DNA of 63,564 bases, the filler included, from Octopus bimaculoides (lineage: Eukaryota), in assembly GCF_001194135.2 (NCBI RefSeq). It is 6 parts of 6 records of this genome, joined end to end, with 100 filler letters (N's around TTAATTAATTAA, not from the genome) between each part and the next. Parts side by side here need not be neighbours in the genome. Positions count along the whole stretch, not along the records: positions 1 to 18,009 come from NC_068981.1; 5 more parts are not named here. One strand, given 5' to 3'. Positions within the stretch are counted from its first letter, which is position 1; the number at the start of each line of letters is the position of its first letter. The notes below the pieces were generated by a model, which had not been told where the DNA came from, searched no databases, and was given only the letters and a program-made list of their open reading frames with translations. Shown piece by piece: positions 1 to 12,773 of this stretch. Both the position numbers and the translations under genes were made by a program.

Positions 1-14
1 ATATATATATATAT

Positions 15-405
15 AGGTGTAGGCTTTGGTGTGACTTGACACACTTGCTTGTCAACCATATGGTTCCGAATTCAGTCTGGCTGCGTGGCACTTTGAGCAA
101 GTTTGATCTACTATAGATACGGGCTGGCCAAAGGCTTGTGTGTGGATTTGGTTGACGGAAACTGAAAGAAGCCCGTCGTATATATATATGTATCTAGTTA
201 TGTGTGAGTGTTTCTGTCTGTGTTTGTCGCCCCACCAACCGATGTGGGTGTGATTACGTCATCGTAACCTAGCGGTTCGACCTAAGAGACGGTTAGAATA
301 AACTGAAGGCTTACAAAAATAAGACCAGGGGTCGATTTCTACGACTGTAAGGTGGTGCTTCAGCATGGCCGCAGTCAAGTGACTGAAACATGTAAATGAA
401 TAAAG
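15..405 (+). mobile_element. tRNA-derived SINE, family A (internal TA/TG microsatellite)
   Basis: tRNA-like head, ggaaactgaaagaagcccgtcg body, internal dinucleotide tract and 3' ggggtcgat...cagcatggccgcagtc...tgactgaaac. Homologous copies occur elsewhere in the window. Confidence 0.8.
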
Positions 406-495
406 GAATAAATCTCCCCCTCCCTCTCTCTGTCTCGCTCTCTGTCTCTCTCTCTCTCGATATATATATATAAATGCATAGATATGTGATGTATG

Positions 496-531
<36 letters not shown>

Positions 532-989
532 TATATATATGTGTGTTTGTATGTATGTATGCATAGCTACACACAGAGGCGTGTATACGCAGACATCCTG
601 GTGCATACCTATACCGTAGATTTATGGTAATATTTGGAACATATGATTTTATATTCACGGCATTATTTTGTAAAAGTGTATCCCTCAGGTATCAGTGTGT
701 GGGAATATCCTTGGCTTTGGTAATGTGTTATAATATGGATTTCTTTGACTGTCTGTCTGGTTGTCTCTCTTTTAGCACACACACACACACACGCGCGCGC
801 GCACACATATATGAATATGTATATCCATATGCATGTGTGTATGTATGTGTGGAGGGTGTAAACGTACTTATATAGTTGCGTGCCTGTCTTTGCTCCGTGC
901 ATGTATATATGTATATATGTATATATGTATGCAAAGTGTTTAACCTGGCTTATCTCAGTTGAGAAACGTCATAAACTTCAGCTGCACAC

Positions 990-1037
<48 letters not shown>

Positions 1038-1719
1038 ACACACACACACATACATACACACACACACATACACACATACAGAGAGAAGAATGAGTGATGC
1101 AAAACAATTTCTTCGCAAACATTATGATATAATTAAAGTGTAATAATCGAAAATTGTCGGAAAATCACATATAGACGACTAAATGCTATCTGAATGAACC
1201 ACAAATTCAGAACTACAATTTAAGAAATATCTAAACAGGTCTTGAGTCAGACATAATTCTTTGATAGTAATAAATCAAAAGTGCATTGAATAAGTTCAGA
1301 GATAGCTACCAACTACCAACTCAAACGAAAGATGATCATGAGAATAATAATAATAATGACAATCATTCTCAATCTGTTAATTGGATAGTTCAAAGAAACG
1401 TTCACGCGCGTGTGTATGTATGTAAGTGTGTATGTATAGACTGTTTGAAGTTGTCTACAGATTTTATGTGTTAAGGAAAAGAAGATATTCAGGATTTGGG
1501 TGGAAAATATCTATTTAGTGCTTTCATCTCTTTCAAGGACTCATCGTAAATGATTTCTTATAGAATATTCATAACTTTTATATACATGTGAGTTAGTTGA
1601 AAAGAAAAGTCTGGAGTTAAATTTGTTCTCTTGTATTTTTGGAAAGAGGTAATTTTGGGAGGGGTTAAGATGTTTCTTATTTTGAATCTATAGGTGGGTG
1701 TGTGCATATATCATGTCAT

Positions 1720-1923
1720 CACGTGGCCGACCAGGCTATCTGATGTTGTTACAATGCACTTTTGCATTGCTTTAGCCTTCAAATGACGCCACCCCGCTGA
1801 CAAGGTGAGCAGGCCAAAATACCTTACTGATTAAATGTGAGACGGGCGCAATGTAAAATAAAATGTTTTGCTCGAGAACAACATGCCGTCAAGTCAGGGA
1901 ATCGAACCTACAATCTAGCGATC

Positions 1924-1925
<2 letters not shown>
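1720..1925 (-). mobile_element. tRNA-headed SINE fragment
   Basis: Reverse-strand ggttcgattccctgac...gttctcgagcaaaacattttatttt, similar to 38950-39175. Confidence 0.5.
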
Positions 1926-2007
<82 letters not shown>

Positions 2008-2798
2008 AACTGTATGCGTATGTGTTGATTTTGTGTTGGTTGTTTAAGTGTATCTTTCCAGTTATTTTAGTAACAGTAATGAGAAAATTATTAATAAGAG
2101 TATCCAATAGCAATCTGGTTTGTTTTCGTCTGGAAAATTAAGATTAAAAAAGAAAGAAGAATTTCGCATTGTTTTATAAATATGCTTTATAAACGATAAT
2201 TTTGTTATTATATTTTAAATATAGTTCCATTGCTTCTTTGATAATTTGGATCAACCCTTGGGCATTTGTAGAAACAGAAGATCTTGATAGTCCAGATGTT
2301 TGCTCAGTGGAAACATACGTAATTATTTTTGTCGCGTACGTTGTCTACGAATTTTTGTGTGTTGGCAAATGAAATTGTTGGTTTCGCCAACAAAGTTCCA
2401 AGAAGTGAAATCAGCATTGCAATGATTCCAGATGCATTAGAAAGAAGAGTTACTAGCACCGCAAGTTTGGAGAAGAGGCACGTGGCGCCTTGGTATCTGA
2501 CCGGCCTTTTGAAAGGGCTTGGAAGTCGACAGTAGCAAAGCCGGGGAGAATGTTTCTGAATGTATAGCAGAAGCTACGGTATAGCATACATGTATCACGT
2601 CTGCATGCATAAATTACAAAGACATGTATATGTATGGAAACCCTACCACACAACAGAAAAATAACACGTAAGAATACCTGTTCTTCCAGAACAGAAATGC
2701 AGCCACTCATATTCTTAGATACAAATACAAGAATGTACATAATTACGCACATAAACCAATATATGCATCCTAAACACATTCATGCACGTACACGCACG

Positions 2799-2859
<61 letters not shown>

Positions 2860-4444
2860 ATAGATATATATATAAGAAGCAAGTTTAACTGATTTAATAT
2901 AAACGTGAGATAGTTATTCGATGCAACTTTTATAGAAATATTTTCTCGGATTATGGTCTACATATCTTCCATCGAAACCATTTCAGTGCACTACATTATG
3001 TAGTTTTTCATTTTCTTGTACTTTATTTCTTTCGAGGTTGAAAGTATCGTTTCCTAAACTAAAGATCTCTCAGTAGTAAGTTCAACGTAGATGTATAATA
3101 TATAAAAGTTTTTTCAGTAAGTCACTGGTATATGTGAAAGACTTAGCTACACGAGTATTTCAATACGGCTGCATTTCAGGGAAAGTAGTAACCATCAATC
3201 TCTTCGGTATAAAAGATGGTCATATCCGCTCTTAATATGAACGGCAGCGTTAATGGTTTCTTGAACTTGTTCTGCTGAGTATGTATAAAATGTTTTAACC
3301 AAGATACATATTTTACTTTGTTCAAAGGTGAATGTCTGAACAAAGTAAACTTTAGTTCGGCGACGGAGTGTTTGAAACACTTAACTATGTGTATGCTAAC
3401 ACGTCAATACAAAATTGATACATAGTTCCATGAACGGTTGCAGTCATCCAATTATAATGCATACAAGATAATAATGATTAAGGTATTTTTTACTGTAATT
3501 ATTAAAATGCTAACAACACGTGTTATGCTTGTAGGATACTAGAATTTTAGAGTCTTGGTTCAAATCCTACTGAGGTGAACATATCCTTTCATTTCTTCAT
3601 TGTCGATAAAATAATGTATTTGTCAAACACTGAAATCAATCATTTCGATTAATCTTTTCCCATGAGAATTACTCGCTTTGTGCCCATATGAGAAACCTTT
3701 AATGAAATAGCAACAAGATGCTACTACCAAAGCAGTGTATTTTAAAAGAAATATGAACTCATTGGATAAGGTAACTTGTAGAATTTCTCGTGACGCTTTT
3801 TTTTTTTGCCCTATTTCAAATTTACAGATGTCAGTTCTTTCACCGCATTACTCGCTCCCAGATGCGAAGATGATATCAAATGCAAACAGAAGTACCAAAT
3901 TATTCTGTCGAAGTGGAAGACTCCACCCTCTCCAGATTAAACATGTTATCTCTCTAATCTTGAACTACTCCTCTTTGAATTATTCTACCTTTGCTATACT
4001 AATTATGATTCCAATGGACAGAAGAGACACAACATTCGGTTTCCTTTCATTTCTGTACCCGTTTATATTTGCCCTCCACCCCCGTTCCAATTCTTTTCAT
4101 TCAGGCTCATGCGTTCATCTTTCTGTCGCATTTTCTCGCATAATCTCAAAGACAAGCATGTTTTCTCAGTTTAAGGAAAAAAAAAATCATCAATGCGTAT
4201 TCCGGTCTGACGGATTCGTGAGAATCATAAGACATATTACATATGTCTGCAGAAGTATTGTGTTTCCTCTGTATGAAACTATTAGTAGATCAAATTGAAA
4301 TACGTTTATATTAAATGATAATTTTCTCTCAATGGATGGGTAGTTCATTTGTTTATTCCTCTAATAACAGATCACTGTATATATACCACACAAACATATG
4401 CTTAGAAAGAAAGAAGGATTGAGAGACAGATAGATGGAGACAAA

Positions 4445-4449
4445 GAAAA

Positions 4450-4493
<44 letters not shown>

Positions 4494-4502
4494 GTAGGTA
4501 GG

Positions 4503-4542
<40 letters not shown>

Positions 4543-4562
4543 CAGATATAGAAAGATAGATG

Positions 4563-4596
<34 letters not shown>

Positions 4597-4600
4597 CAGA
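4445..4600. repeat. (ATAG)n compound microsatellite
   Basis: Seen directly. Confidence 0.9.
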
Positions 4601-4838
4601 CAAAAACTAGATATACAGATACAGAGAGCGAGAAAGTGGGAAAGACGAATTCAAAATATTCGCTGAAATGCGAAGAACTTGTGGTGTTGTTGATACTACA
4701 AATCTTTATACGTTCAGAAATATATTTGCATATATGTATGGAAACGTGTACTGATGCAACTAGTCATGAAAATATGTATTCATATATATGCACATGCATA
4801 TGTACATGCATATATACGTACACATATGTACCACATAT

Positions 4839-4882
<44 letters not shown>

Positions 4883-4893
4883 ACACACACACA

Positions 4894-4938
<45 letters not shown>

Positions 4939-6689
4939 ATATATATATCCTTCTATCTCCCTATCTCTCTCTCTCTCTCTCTCTCTCNNNNNNNNNNNNN
5001 NNNNNNNNNNNNNNNNNNNNNNNNNNNNNNNNNNNNNNNNNNNNNNNNNNNNNNNNNNNNNNNNNNNNNNNNNNNNNNNNNNNNNNNNNNNNNNNNNNNN
5101 NNNNNNNNNNNNNTATATATATATATAATGGTTTGAAAGTGGGTGTGTGCCTGCATGGGTGCGTGTGCCCGCTTGTGACTGAATGAGTAGTGCTATGCGT
5201 TTGGAAAAACATTATAACAAAAGAATTCAAATCATATTTGTATTCCTTCTTTCTATACATGCATTGTTTATCATTTTATAATGCAATGTAGATGTGTATT
5301 TTCTTTAATGTTTAATACGTGTAGCCATTTGTTATAAGATAGCCTATAAACTATGGATGAAATATGAAACATCAATATAACAAATGTTTCGAGATTTCTG
5401 AAAAAAAACTAAGAATTCTATGTATTTTTAATTAGTTATGCGTTTTAGTTTTGACAGTATCTGTGTAGTTATTATGTCCAACAAATCATTTCAACAAAGG
5501 AAACATTGTTACAAACGTTTTGTTAGCATAATCAATATGAACTAAAGTATATATCTCAACTCCTGTAGCTATCTTTTCAAGGATTCAGCAACACAACGAA
5601 TATATGTATGTGGAATTATAGCTAAATGGATATTTGTTCTCGTATTTTAATGTATTATATCTTTAGGAAGTTGTTGTAAGTTATATTTTTCGTCTCTATA
5701 AAACTTTTTCTGTGGAATATTGGATAGGAGTCAAAAATTTATGTATTATAATTTTCTATTGTGAACAATGATATCGAATGAACAATAATCTCGTAAACAT
5801 TTCATAAATCATTTGTGAACAGTTGCTAGAGCAATTGTTAAAATACTTTCCCTTCTGCTGTGGCGAACTGGAGTCTTTCAAATTGTAAAATAATTTGGTA
5901 ATAGAATTTTCTTTTCCTTTTTATGTAGCTTAAGTACAGAAAGTTTCTCAGCCAAACAGAACATCACACACAAATAGTGTATATACACACATACACATGC
6001 ATATANNNNNNNNNNAAAGATATTCTGTTTTCTGTAATGCAACACCTGAGGTCATCTCATAATGTAAATAGTAAGATGTATTTGGTCAATAAAACGTCCG
6101 CAGTAAGATGAAATATGGTAATAGAGAAGCGAATATCTTACATTAAAATTAGACTTGCTTTATGCAAAAAGTAATCCACTGTAAAGTGCAATCTCTGTTA
6201 ACATGTACATGACAATCTTTCGTCTAAAGATAAGAGAGGCCATTTACTTCCAAACTACAAATCAATATACGACGTGAGATAACTGAGTGATCCACATATA
6301 TGTTGTATAGACAGCTTTCTAACAGATATGGAATAAAAGTGATAAGCAGCTGTATCAATTACAATGCATTAAGATATAGTAAGAAAATAATGATTTAAAC
6401 CTGACACTTTGTGCACAAGAGCAGACAGAGTATTTTGAAGTATTAACTTTGTGAATATATATGGTTGCCGCTGGTGGTTGAATAATACTTCACAGAGATT
6501 TTATCCGACACAAACATACTTAGCTAAGTTTATTTTATCTTATTTAAACCAACTTTTGTAAAGTTTAGAAGAAACAATAACTGAAATAAATGCATGTGAG
6601 GAAGTTATTATTAGTATCATTTACTTTCATGAAGAGTTACGTCAATCTTTATGAATTATTATAATTATTACAATAATAATTATTATTAT

Positions 6690-6853
6690 AAACAACGCCG
6701 GCTATTTACATTCTGAGCTCAAATTTCGACGAGGATCGAATTTTTCTTTCACGATTTGAAATCGATAAAATAAGTATCATTGATCACTGGAGTCGATGTA
6801 TTCGACTATTAACATCGCCGCCTAAATGAGGGCCTTGCCTATAGTAAAAAGAA
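6690..6853 (+). mobile_element. Degenerate SINE family B whose tail runs into (TTC)n
   Basis: ttctgagctcaaatttcgacgagg...gtcgatgtattcgact...ggccttgcctatagtaaaaagaatt. Confidence 0.65.
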
Positions 6854-6985
6854 TTCTTCTTCTTCTTCTTCTTCTTCTTATTCTTCTTCTTCTTCTTCTT
6901 CTTCTTCTTCTTCTTCTTCTTCTTCTTCTTCTTCTTCTTCTTCTTCTTCTTCTTCTTCTTCTTCTTCTTCTTCTTCTTCTTCTTC
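6854..6985. repeat. (TTC)n, about 44 units, with one TTA interruption
   Basis: Seen directly. Confidence 0.95.
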
Positions 6986-7104
6986 AGAGCTATCGATTTT
7001 CCTTACTCTTTTGAATTATGTAAGAGCAACATGTTCTCAAATGTCTCACAAGTATTTTTTCTCGCATACTTAATACCCAAGTAACAATCTAAAATTATTA
7101 TTGA

Positions 7105-7106
7105 CC

Positions 7107-7191
<85 letters not shown>

Positions 7192-9900
7192 CATCATTAT
7201 TTAAAATATAGCACAGTATACAATATCGTGAGGTTATTGATTGAAGATATTGTGTCAACCGAGTGTTTGTACTGTCTGCCATGTCACAACAAGAACTTCA
7301 CACAGACAGTAGTTTACGCAATAAGCGTGCAGTTCCAAGTAATGGAGATATTTGTAATACACCAAGGTTCTAGGGTATTTCTAAAGTTTCCAGTTGTTTT
7401 TTTCCGGTCGGGTGGTATTGAACCCAATGTTCGGATGACAATAAGGACAAACTTTATGTTTGACTCACGTAGCTGCCACATCTGGGTCTTCAATTCTCTC
7501 TCCTTTTGGCAATTCTTTGTTCCTACAGTCTGCTCTTTCCCCTGTTTCAAGATGACCACCGCCCACTTCCAGATACAGAATCTCATTTCTATATCTTTTC
7601 TGTACATCTGCGCAGTGTCAACAAAACTCTCCATTTCAGACTTTGTTTTTGCGAACAGTTTTAAATCATCTATGAAGAGAATATGGTTGAGACGAGGTCC
7701 ATTCTTTCTCAGCTCATAGTGTACGTTGACTTTGCGTAGGACTACAGAAAGTGTGATCAAAATTATACCAGATAACAAGGATGCTTCCTTTGATTGTTAC
7801 CTCGTTGAAGTGCTGATTGTTAATAGAAAAGACGTGTTTTCCAACTATACATGCTGTTCTTTATTCGTGCATACACGCTCTGAGCTATTCTATACATGTC
7901 GAGTCATTCCAAAATCCACGAATGCGGCAACATGTCGTAAGACTTTTTGAAGTCTATCCAGGTCATGCACAATTCATTTTTGGTACCGTTTAATGTTTTC
8001 TATAACAACGTGGTCCTTGATGCCTTTGGTGCCCTTGGTTCCTTTTCGGCATCCCTTTTTCTTCTACTGGAAATGGATTATTTTCCGCAAGGAAAGTATA
8101 AATTTTCCCTGCGAGGATGCCTGTTATCACTTTCCATTAGAAGTTAAGAGAAGCAATGGGTCGGTAATTGCCAACCTCATTGCCTTTTCATCAAGAATGT
8201 TGTCTTTCCCTCTACAATTCACTCCGGAACTGCACCACTCTGTAGACAATAGTTTGATTGCAACGCAATTCGTTTATGTATTGCCTTAAACCCCTTGAGC
8301 CAGTGGTCTTCAATTCCGTCTGGCCTGCCGCTTTCCAGTTTCGCACACTTGATATCTGAGCAAATACATCTACCTTTGTTATGCGTACATGGTCCTGTCG
8401 TGGAGCCATCGGGTGATGTAGTTCGGATCTCACGGAATGAATTCACTCAGCACTGTAGTTGTGGGAAACCACTTGTCCCTAGACATTATTCCAAAATTGG
8501 GGGGTTGTCTCGGGTGCAGGAGGTATATTATCTTCTGTATCTCCTCCAAAGCTCTTACAAAATTGCCTCTGGTTATTTGAAAATAAACTGTGTTGCTGTA
8601 CTGCGACATGGCATCAGTGTAGCATTGCACCTTTAAGGATTTTGCCCGCACACGTTGTTGTAGGGTTTCGACAACAGTTTTGAACTTTTCTTTTCTATAT
8701 GGTATTTTGCGTGAAGATAAGTCCTTGCACTTCGTTTAGCATTTTTCCATTGCTATTTGGACCATTCTTCTAAGTGACTCAGATCTTTACGCAAAATTTT
8801 AATACAGCCTTCAATTCTCTACTTCCACCATCGCTCATTCTGTCCGTCTGCTTTCCTCTCATTCTTTCCGACCAGTTCACCTACTAAAATCGAAGCCGAT
8901 CTAATAAAATCTTTTGCTTCTATTAGATCTCTTGTCAGAATGTATTTCAAAATCTCATCAGCCTTTTGGGTTGCGCGTATTACATTGTTACAGTCGAAGT
9001 TTCTCAAATTCACTGGCTTGGTCTCTGTTGTAACTATTTATATCCTCGTGTCTCACTGAGGTCTCACTTTTCCTCAGTGATATCCTTTCGTAATACAGGA
9101 TTTTCTAAATTATATTCATTGGCCGACCTCTCCTCTACTATAACCTTCTCGTACATTCGTTGATCTTCGCCTATATTATTCTCCTCGCAGTTGTTACCAC
9201 TACAGAGGCTTTTCCTGGTTGTCTGAATCTGAGCCTCATTAAGAAAGGGTCTATTCCGAATTATGCTTATCTGATTCATGAACCCATTTTCAGTAATCTG
9301 GAACATACTCAGCTGGTTCCAAAGTTCTAATATTATTTTCCCGACAGATTTACATTGTTCTTGTCTAGCAAGGCTAGTTCGTGGCACTTTGTAGCCGTTT
9401 TGTTCATATCAAAAGACAACTTGCGTTTGTGAGAACGTTGAATATTTTGACCAATACCAAGACTACGACTGGATGCAGTCTGGTCTTCCAATCCATTGCC
9501 CTCTGAGGGGTCCCTGTTGGCCTCGGAAGATCTGGTGTCTTAGACCTCCGGAGGAGTCTTCCCGTTCATGCCGTTATTTGGGTTTGAAATTGTTGTCATC
9601 ATTGCAAAAAAATGAGAATGACGTTTTACAGGTTTTGCTGCCCAGTTGTGTTTATTTGAGATTTTCATGTAAAGGGTTGTCCCAAATACAACGCCAGCTC
9701 TAACGTGGTTGCCGGTCAAGGCCTTGGGACGTCTAGCTTTCCCTATGTAACTTGCCGCAGGCCTTCCTCGGTGGCAGAGGTTACACCGGCCTATGCAGGG
9801 CAGGAGTGGTACCAATTCCCTGCACTGTTCACATAGACAGCCGCCTATAGAATTACACTATCTGATCTGTCTTTCCTCTGCGATGTCAGGTGCGATCTGA
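7105..9900 (-). mobile_element. Degenerate, internally deleted R4/Dong-type (REL endonuclease) non-LTR retrotransposon with (TAA)n tail
   Basis: Fragmented minus-strand translation gives the N-terminal ELWNQLSMFQITE and ERWWK blocks, NWKAxGPDG-like, NYRPIA-like, RT motif LNHILFIDDLKLFAK and C-terminal FVLIVIRTLGSIP...LLGTARLLRKLLSV*. The 3'UTR ends in (AAT)n at about 7107-7197. The 5' boundary is approximate. Confidence 0.85.
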
Positions 9901-10128
9901 AAGACATATAACTACTCTTTCTATCATGTCGATTGACTTCTCATATTCCATTGCTCACTTGTAATCTTCTTCGGTGGAGTGGCTCAGCGTATGAAAATAA
10001 AGATCCTTGCTTTTGTCCTTACTTCTGTAGCAACGGTGTTTTTATCGTGATCGATGTTTATTTTGGTGTGTGTGGCTTATACAAACAGTAGTGTGCAGAG
10101 AAGGGACTGCGTATGTGCTTGATGGTGG

Positions 10129-10530
10129 TTAGTGTTTGTACTTAAGCTCTCTGTCGCACCGCTGTACAACAAAAGCCGAGTTAATAATTACACCAGCAAC
10201 AACTGAAATAACAATAATTATAATTACTTTAAACTTGTCATTAAAGCACGGTTCATCGTTAGTTAAAACCAATAGTGATTGGTTTGTATCATTCTTTCCA
10301 ACTTTTGTAGCCATAGTGACAGTATAATTGAAATCATTGTCGCTGTTAGCTGTTGTAGAAGTTGCTGAAGTTTGCCGCACTACAATGTGGTATTATTAAA
10401 TGTTGTTTACTTTCGACTTTTGGCTTGTACTTGAGATTATCATAAATAAGTGTGGGTCGGCGGAGGATAATGGTCTGTAAATAGTCTCGGCAGATGGTGG
10501 GAAGGAGATCAATAGTGGGTCTTCGCATTC
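10129..10530 (-). pseudogene. Candidate disrupted or alternative exon encoding a glycosylated stalk plus single TM helix
   Basis: Acceptor tttccttgtcgcacag at 10531. The frame ECEDPLL...NNI**YHIVVRQTSATSTT...NYT...NDT.NQS...KVIIIIVISVVAGVIINSAFVVQR...KH* has TAA TAA at 10398-10393. An alternative weak acceptor at 10380 avoids the stops. Confidence 0.3.
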
Positions 10531-11251
10531 CTGTGCGACAAGGAAACAAAACCAGTGTCACACCCATGCGGTCAACAGTGAGCTGACCGCATGGGCGTGT
10601 CTTTACGACTTCAATGATCAATGGGAACGCTTATCTTATCCTTGCAAAGAGCCAACTCATCTTGATCTGCTTTAATATTTGATAAGGAAAATAATAATAT
10701 ATATCCCGTTCATTTTTTGTTTCTTTTTCTTTTCTTGTTATAGGTTTTGTTATAATTTACAGCTTTCGTAATTGTGCAGTTTGTATATATTGGCAGTCGC
10801 TTATCATTTCCCCTTTTATCATGTTTAATAGTGTTGTTGTAATAAAAGGTATTCGAGTTGTCAAGGAGAAAGGAAAGGTTAGACATACACAGAAAATTGT
10901 ACATTTTAAAGTTTCTAAAAGTGATTGTTTGTGTGTCCGACCAGAGAAAACCTTAGTGTTCTTGCAATAAAAGGTATGTTTACATTTTAAAATAGTCAGG
11001 GACAAAGAAAAGGCTATTCACATAAAATTGTAAATTGAAAAATTTAAAGATGACCGTTTGTGTATCCGGCCAGAGAAAATTGTAGATATACAAGCTATTA
11101 AACTTATTTTAAAGGTAATTTATAATGCTCACAGGAAATTGTCGATATTCCAGTCTTTGAAATATATTTCTCAATTTTTCGGCTGGGTTGTATTAATATT
11201 TCTGTCTTCGGATGCTGACTCATCAGAGCAGCGAAGAACACGTGCAGCCGC

Positions 11252-11330
<79 letters not shown>

Positions 11331-11333
<3 letters not shown>

Positions 11334-11436
11334 TAGTTTTATTTTTATAGCGTGCTTTCACTTTACTACCGAGCGCAGCTCTGTGTGCCTTGGGTATGTG
11401 CTGTGGTTTTCTGTGATGCACTTATGGTTACTGTAT
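11331..11436 (-). mobile_element. Extreme 3' end (about 105 bp) of an R4/Dong-like element embedded in a (TAA)n array
   Basis: Flanked on both sides by (TTA)n. On the minus strand it starts with TLSIQ*-coding sequence, like the ORF ends of the neighbouring elements, and contains gcgctcggtagtaaa, which resembles the 3'UTR of the 12695 element. Confidence 0.55.
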
Positions 11437-11438
11437 TG

Positions 11439-11475
<37 letters not shown>

Positions 11476-11609
11476 CATTATTATTATTATTATTATTATG
11501 CATTAGCAAATCCAGAGATATTATCATTATTGTTGTTGTTGTTGTTATTGTGGTTGTTGTTGTTGTGGTGGTGGTGGTTGTTGGTGTTGTTGTTGTTGTT
11601 GTTATTATT

Positions 11610-12060
11610 ATCAGTGTGCCATCAAAGTGATACTGGGGTACAAATATGCGAAACTCAATATATCCATCATGACTACTCGTCTGCTACGGGTATGCCAGGC
11701 ACGTGAATCACCACCATATGTGTGCGACATGGTGCTCTCATATGTACGTAAACGAAGCATGACCTTGCGGGTTGGAATTCCCAGTTGGAATTTTCTTCAG
11801 GTCGAGTTGTCCATCCTACTCAAAAGGTGATTGAATAAGGGTTCTTTAATTATGTCGAACGAAACACCCATGCTTTCAGAGATGAATTCTTCACACTTCA
11901 AAACATTCCTCTCAACACATAGCTATTATGCTCCTCCATTATTTCTGCTCGTGGTCAGGGATGCACATATCGTCAGCCACTAAAGGACATGCTCAATTGG
12001 TTAAGGTCAAACAACTGACGAGCACATTTATGGTACACAGGAGAATATTTGCTGTAGCGC
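11610..12060 (-). repeat. Unclassified interspersed repeat with (TAA/CAA)n tail
   Basis: Complex non-coding segment ending on the minus strand in a TAA/CAA microsatellite. Recognised from memory as an octopus-type repeat; class not determinable here. Confidence 0.35.
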
Positions 12061-12694
12061 AAAGCAAAATAGGTAGATGATAGCACTTCCAGTTAGTTAA
12101 TTGGTTAAGAAACCATGAGAGCTACTGACTAGTCCTGCATCAGGATATTTGTTGTTGTTATTATTATTATTATTATTATTACAATTAAACCTTGGGAGAG
12201 GCATTATGCCGGTAATAAACACACTCACTGGTTCAGTCCTTTATTAATTTATAAACAGTATATAGTTTTTTCGTTAAATTATTTCATTGCACTCTTGCAA
12301 TCTCTTCAGTAACTTGTCTCTCCACTTCCATTTATTTTGAATGTATGATTTGGCGTTGTTTTGAAACTGTTCGGTATGAGCATGTGAGTGTGTGCAGGCT
12401 CGTATGTGTGCACGCTCATATGTGTGCATGCGCTTATGTGTTCGTGCTTATATGTAAGCATGTGCGTCCATATGTGTGTTTGTAACAATTTCGTTTAAAT
12501 CAGATCAGATAGAGACTTTGAACTTGGTTTTGGTTTCCTTTCTGTTATTTTTTTTGTTTTCTTCGTAAATGCATCTTTTTTTTTTTATTTACGTTCACGT
12601 TCCGCATCCCATGTGTGAACAACACATGCAACCATGGGCAATTGTAAGACCCTCATCTACGTGTATTTGCTGTTCAAAATTGGTCGCGTTATTA

Positions 12695-12714
12695 TTATTC
12701 TGTTATTATTATTC

Positions 12715-12773
<59 letters not shown>

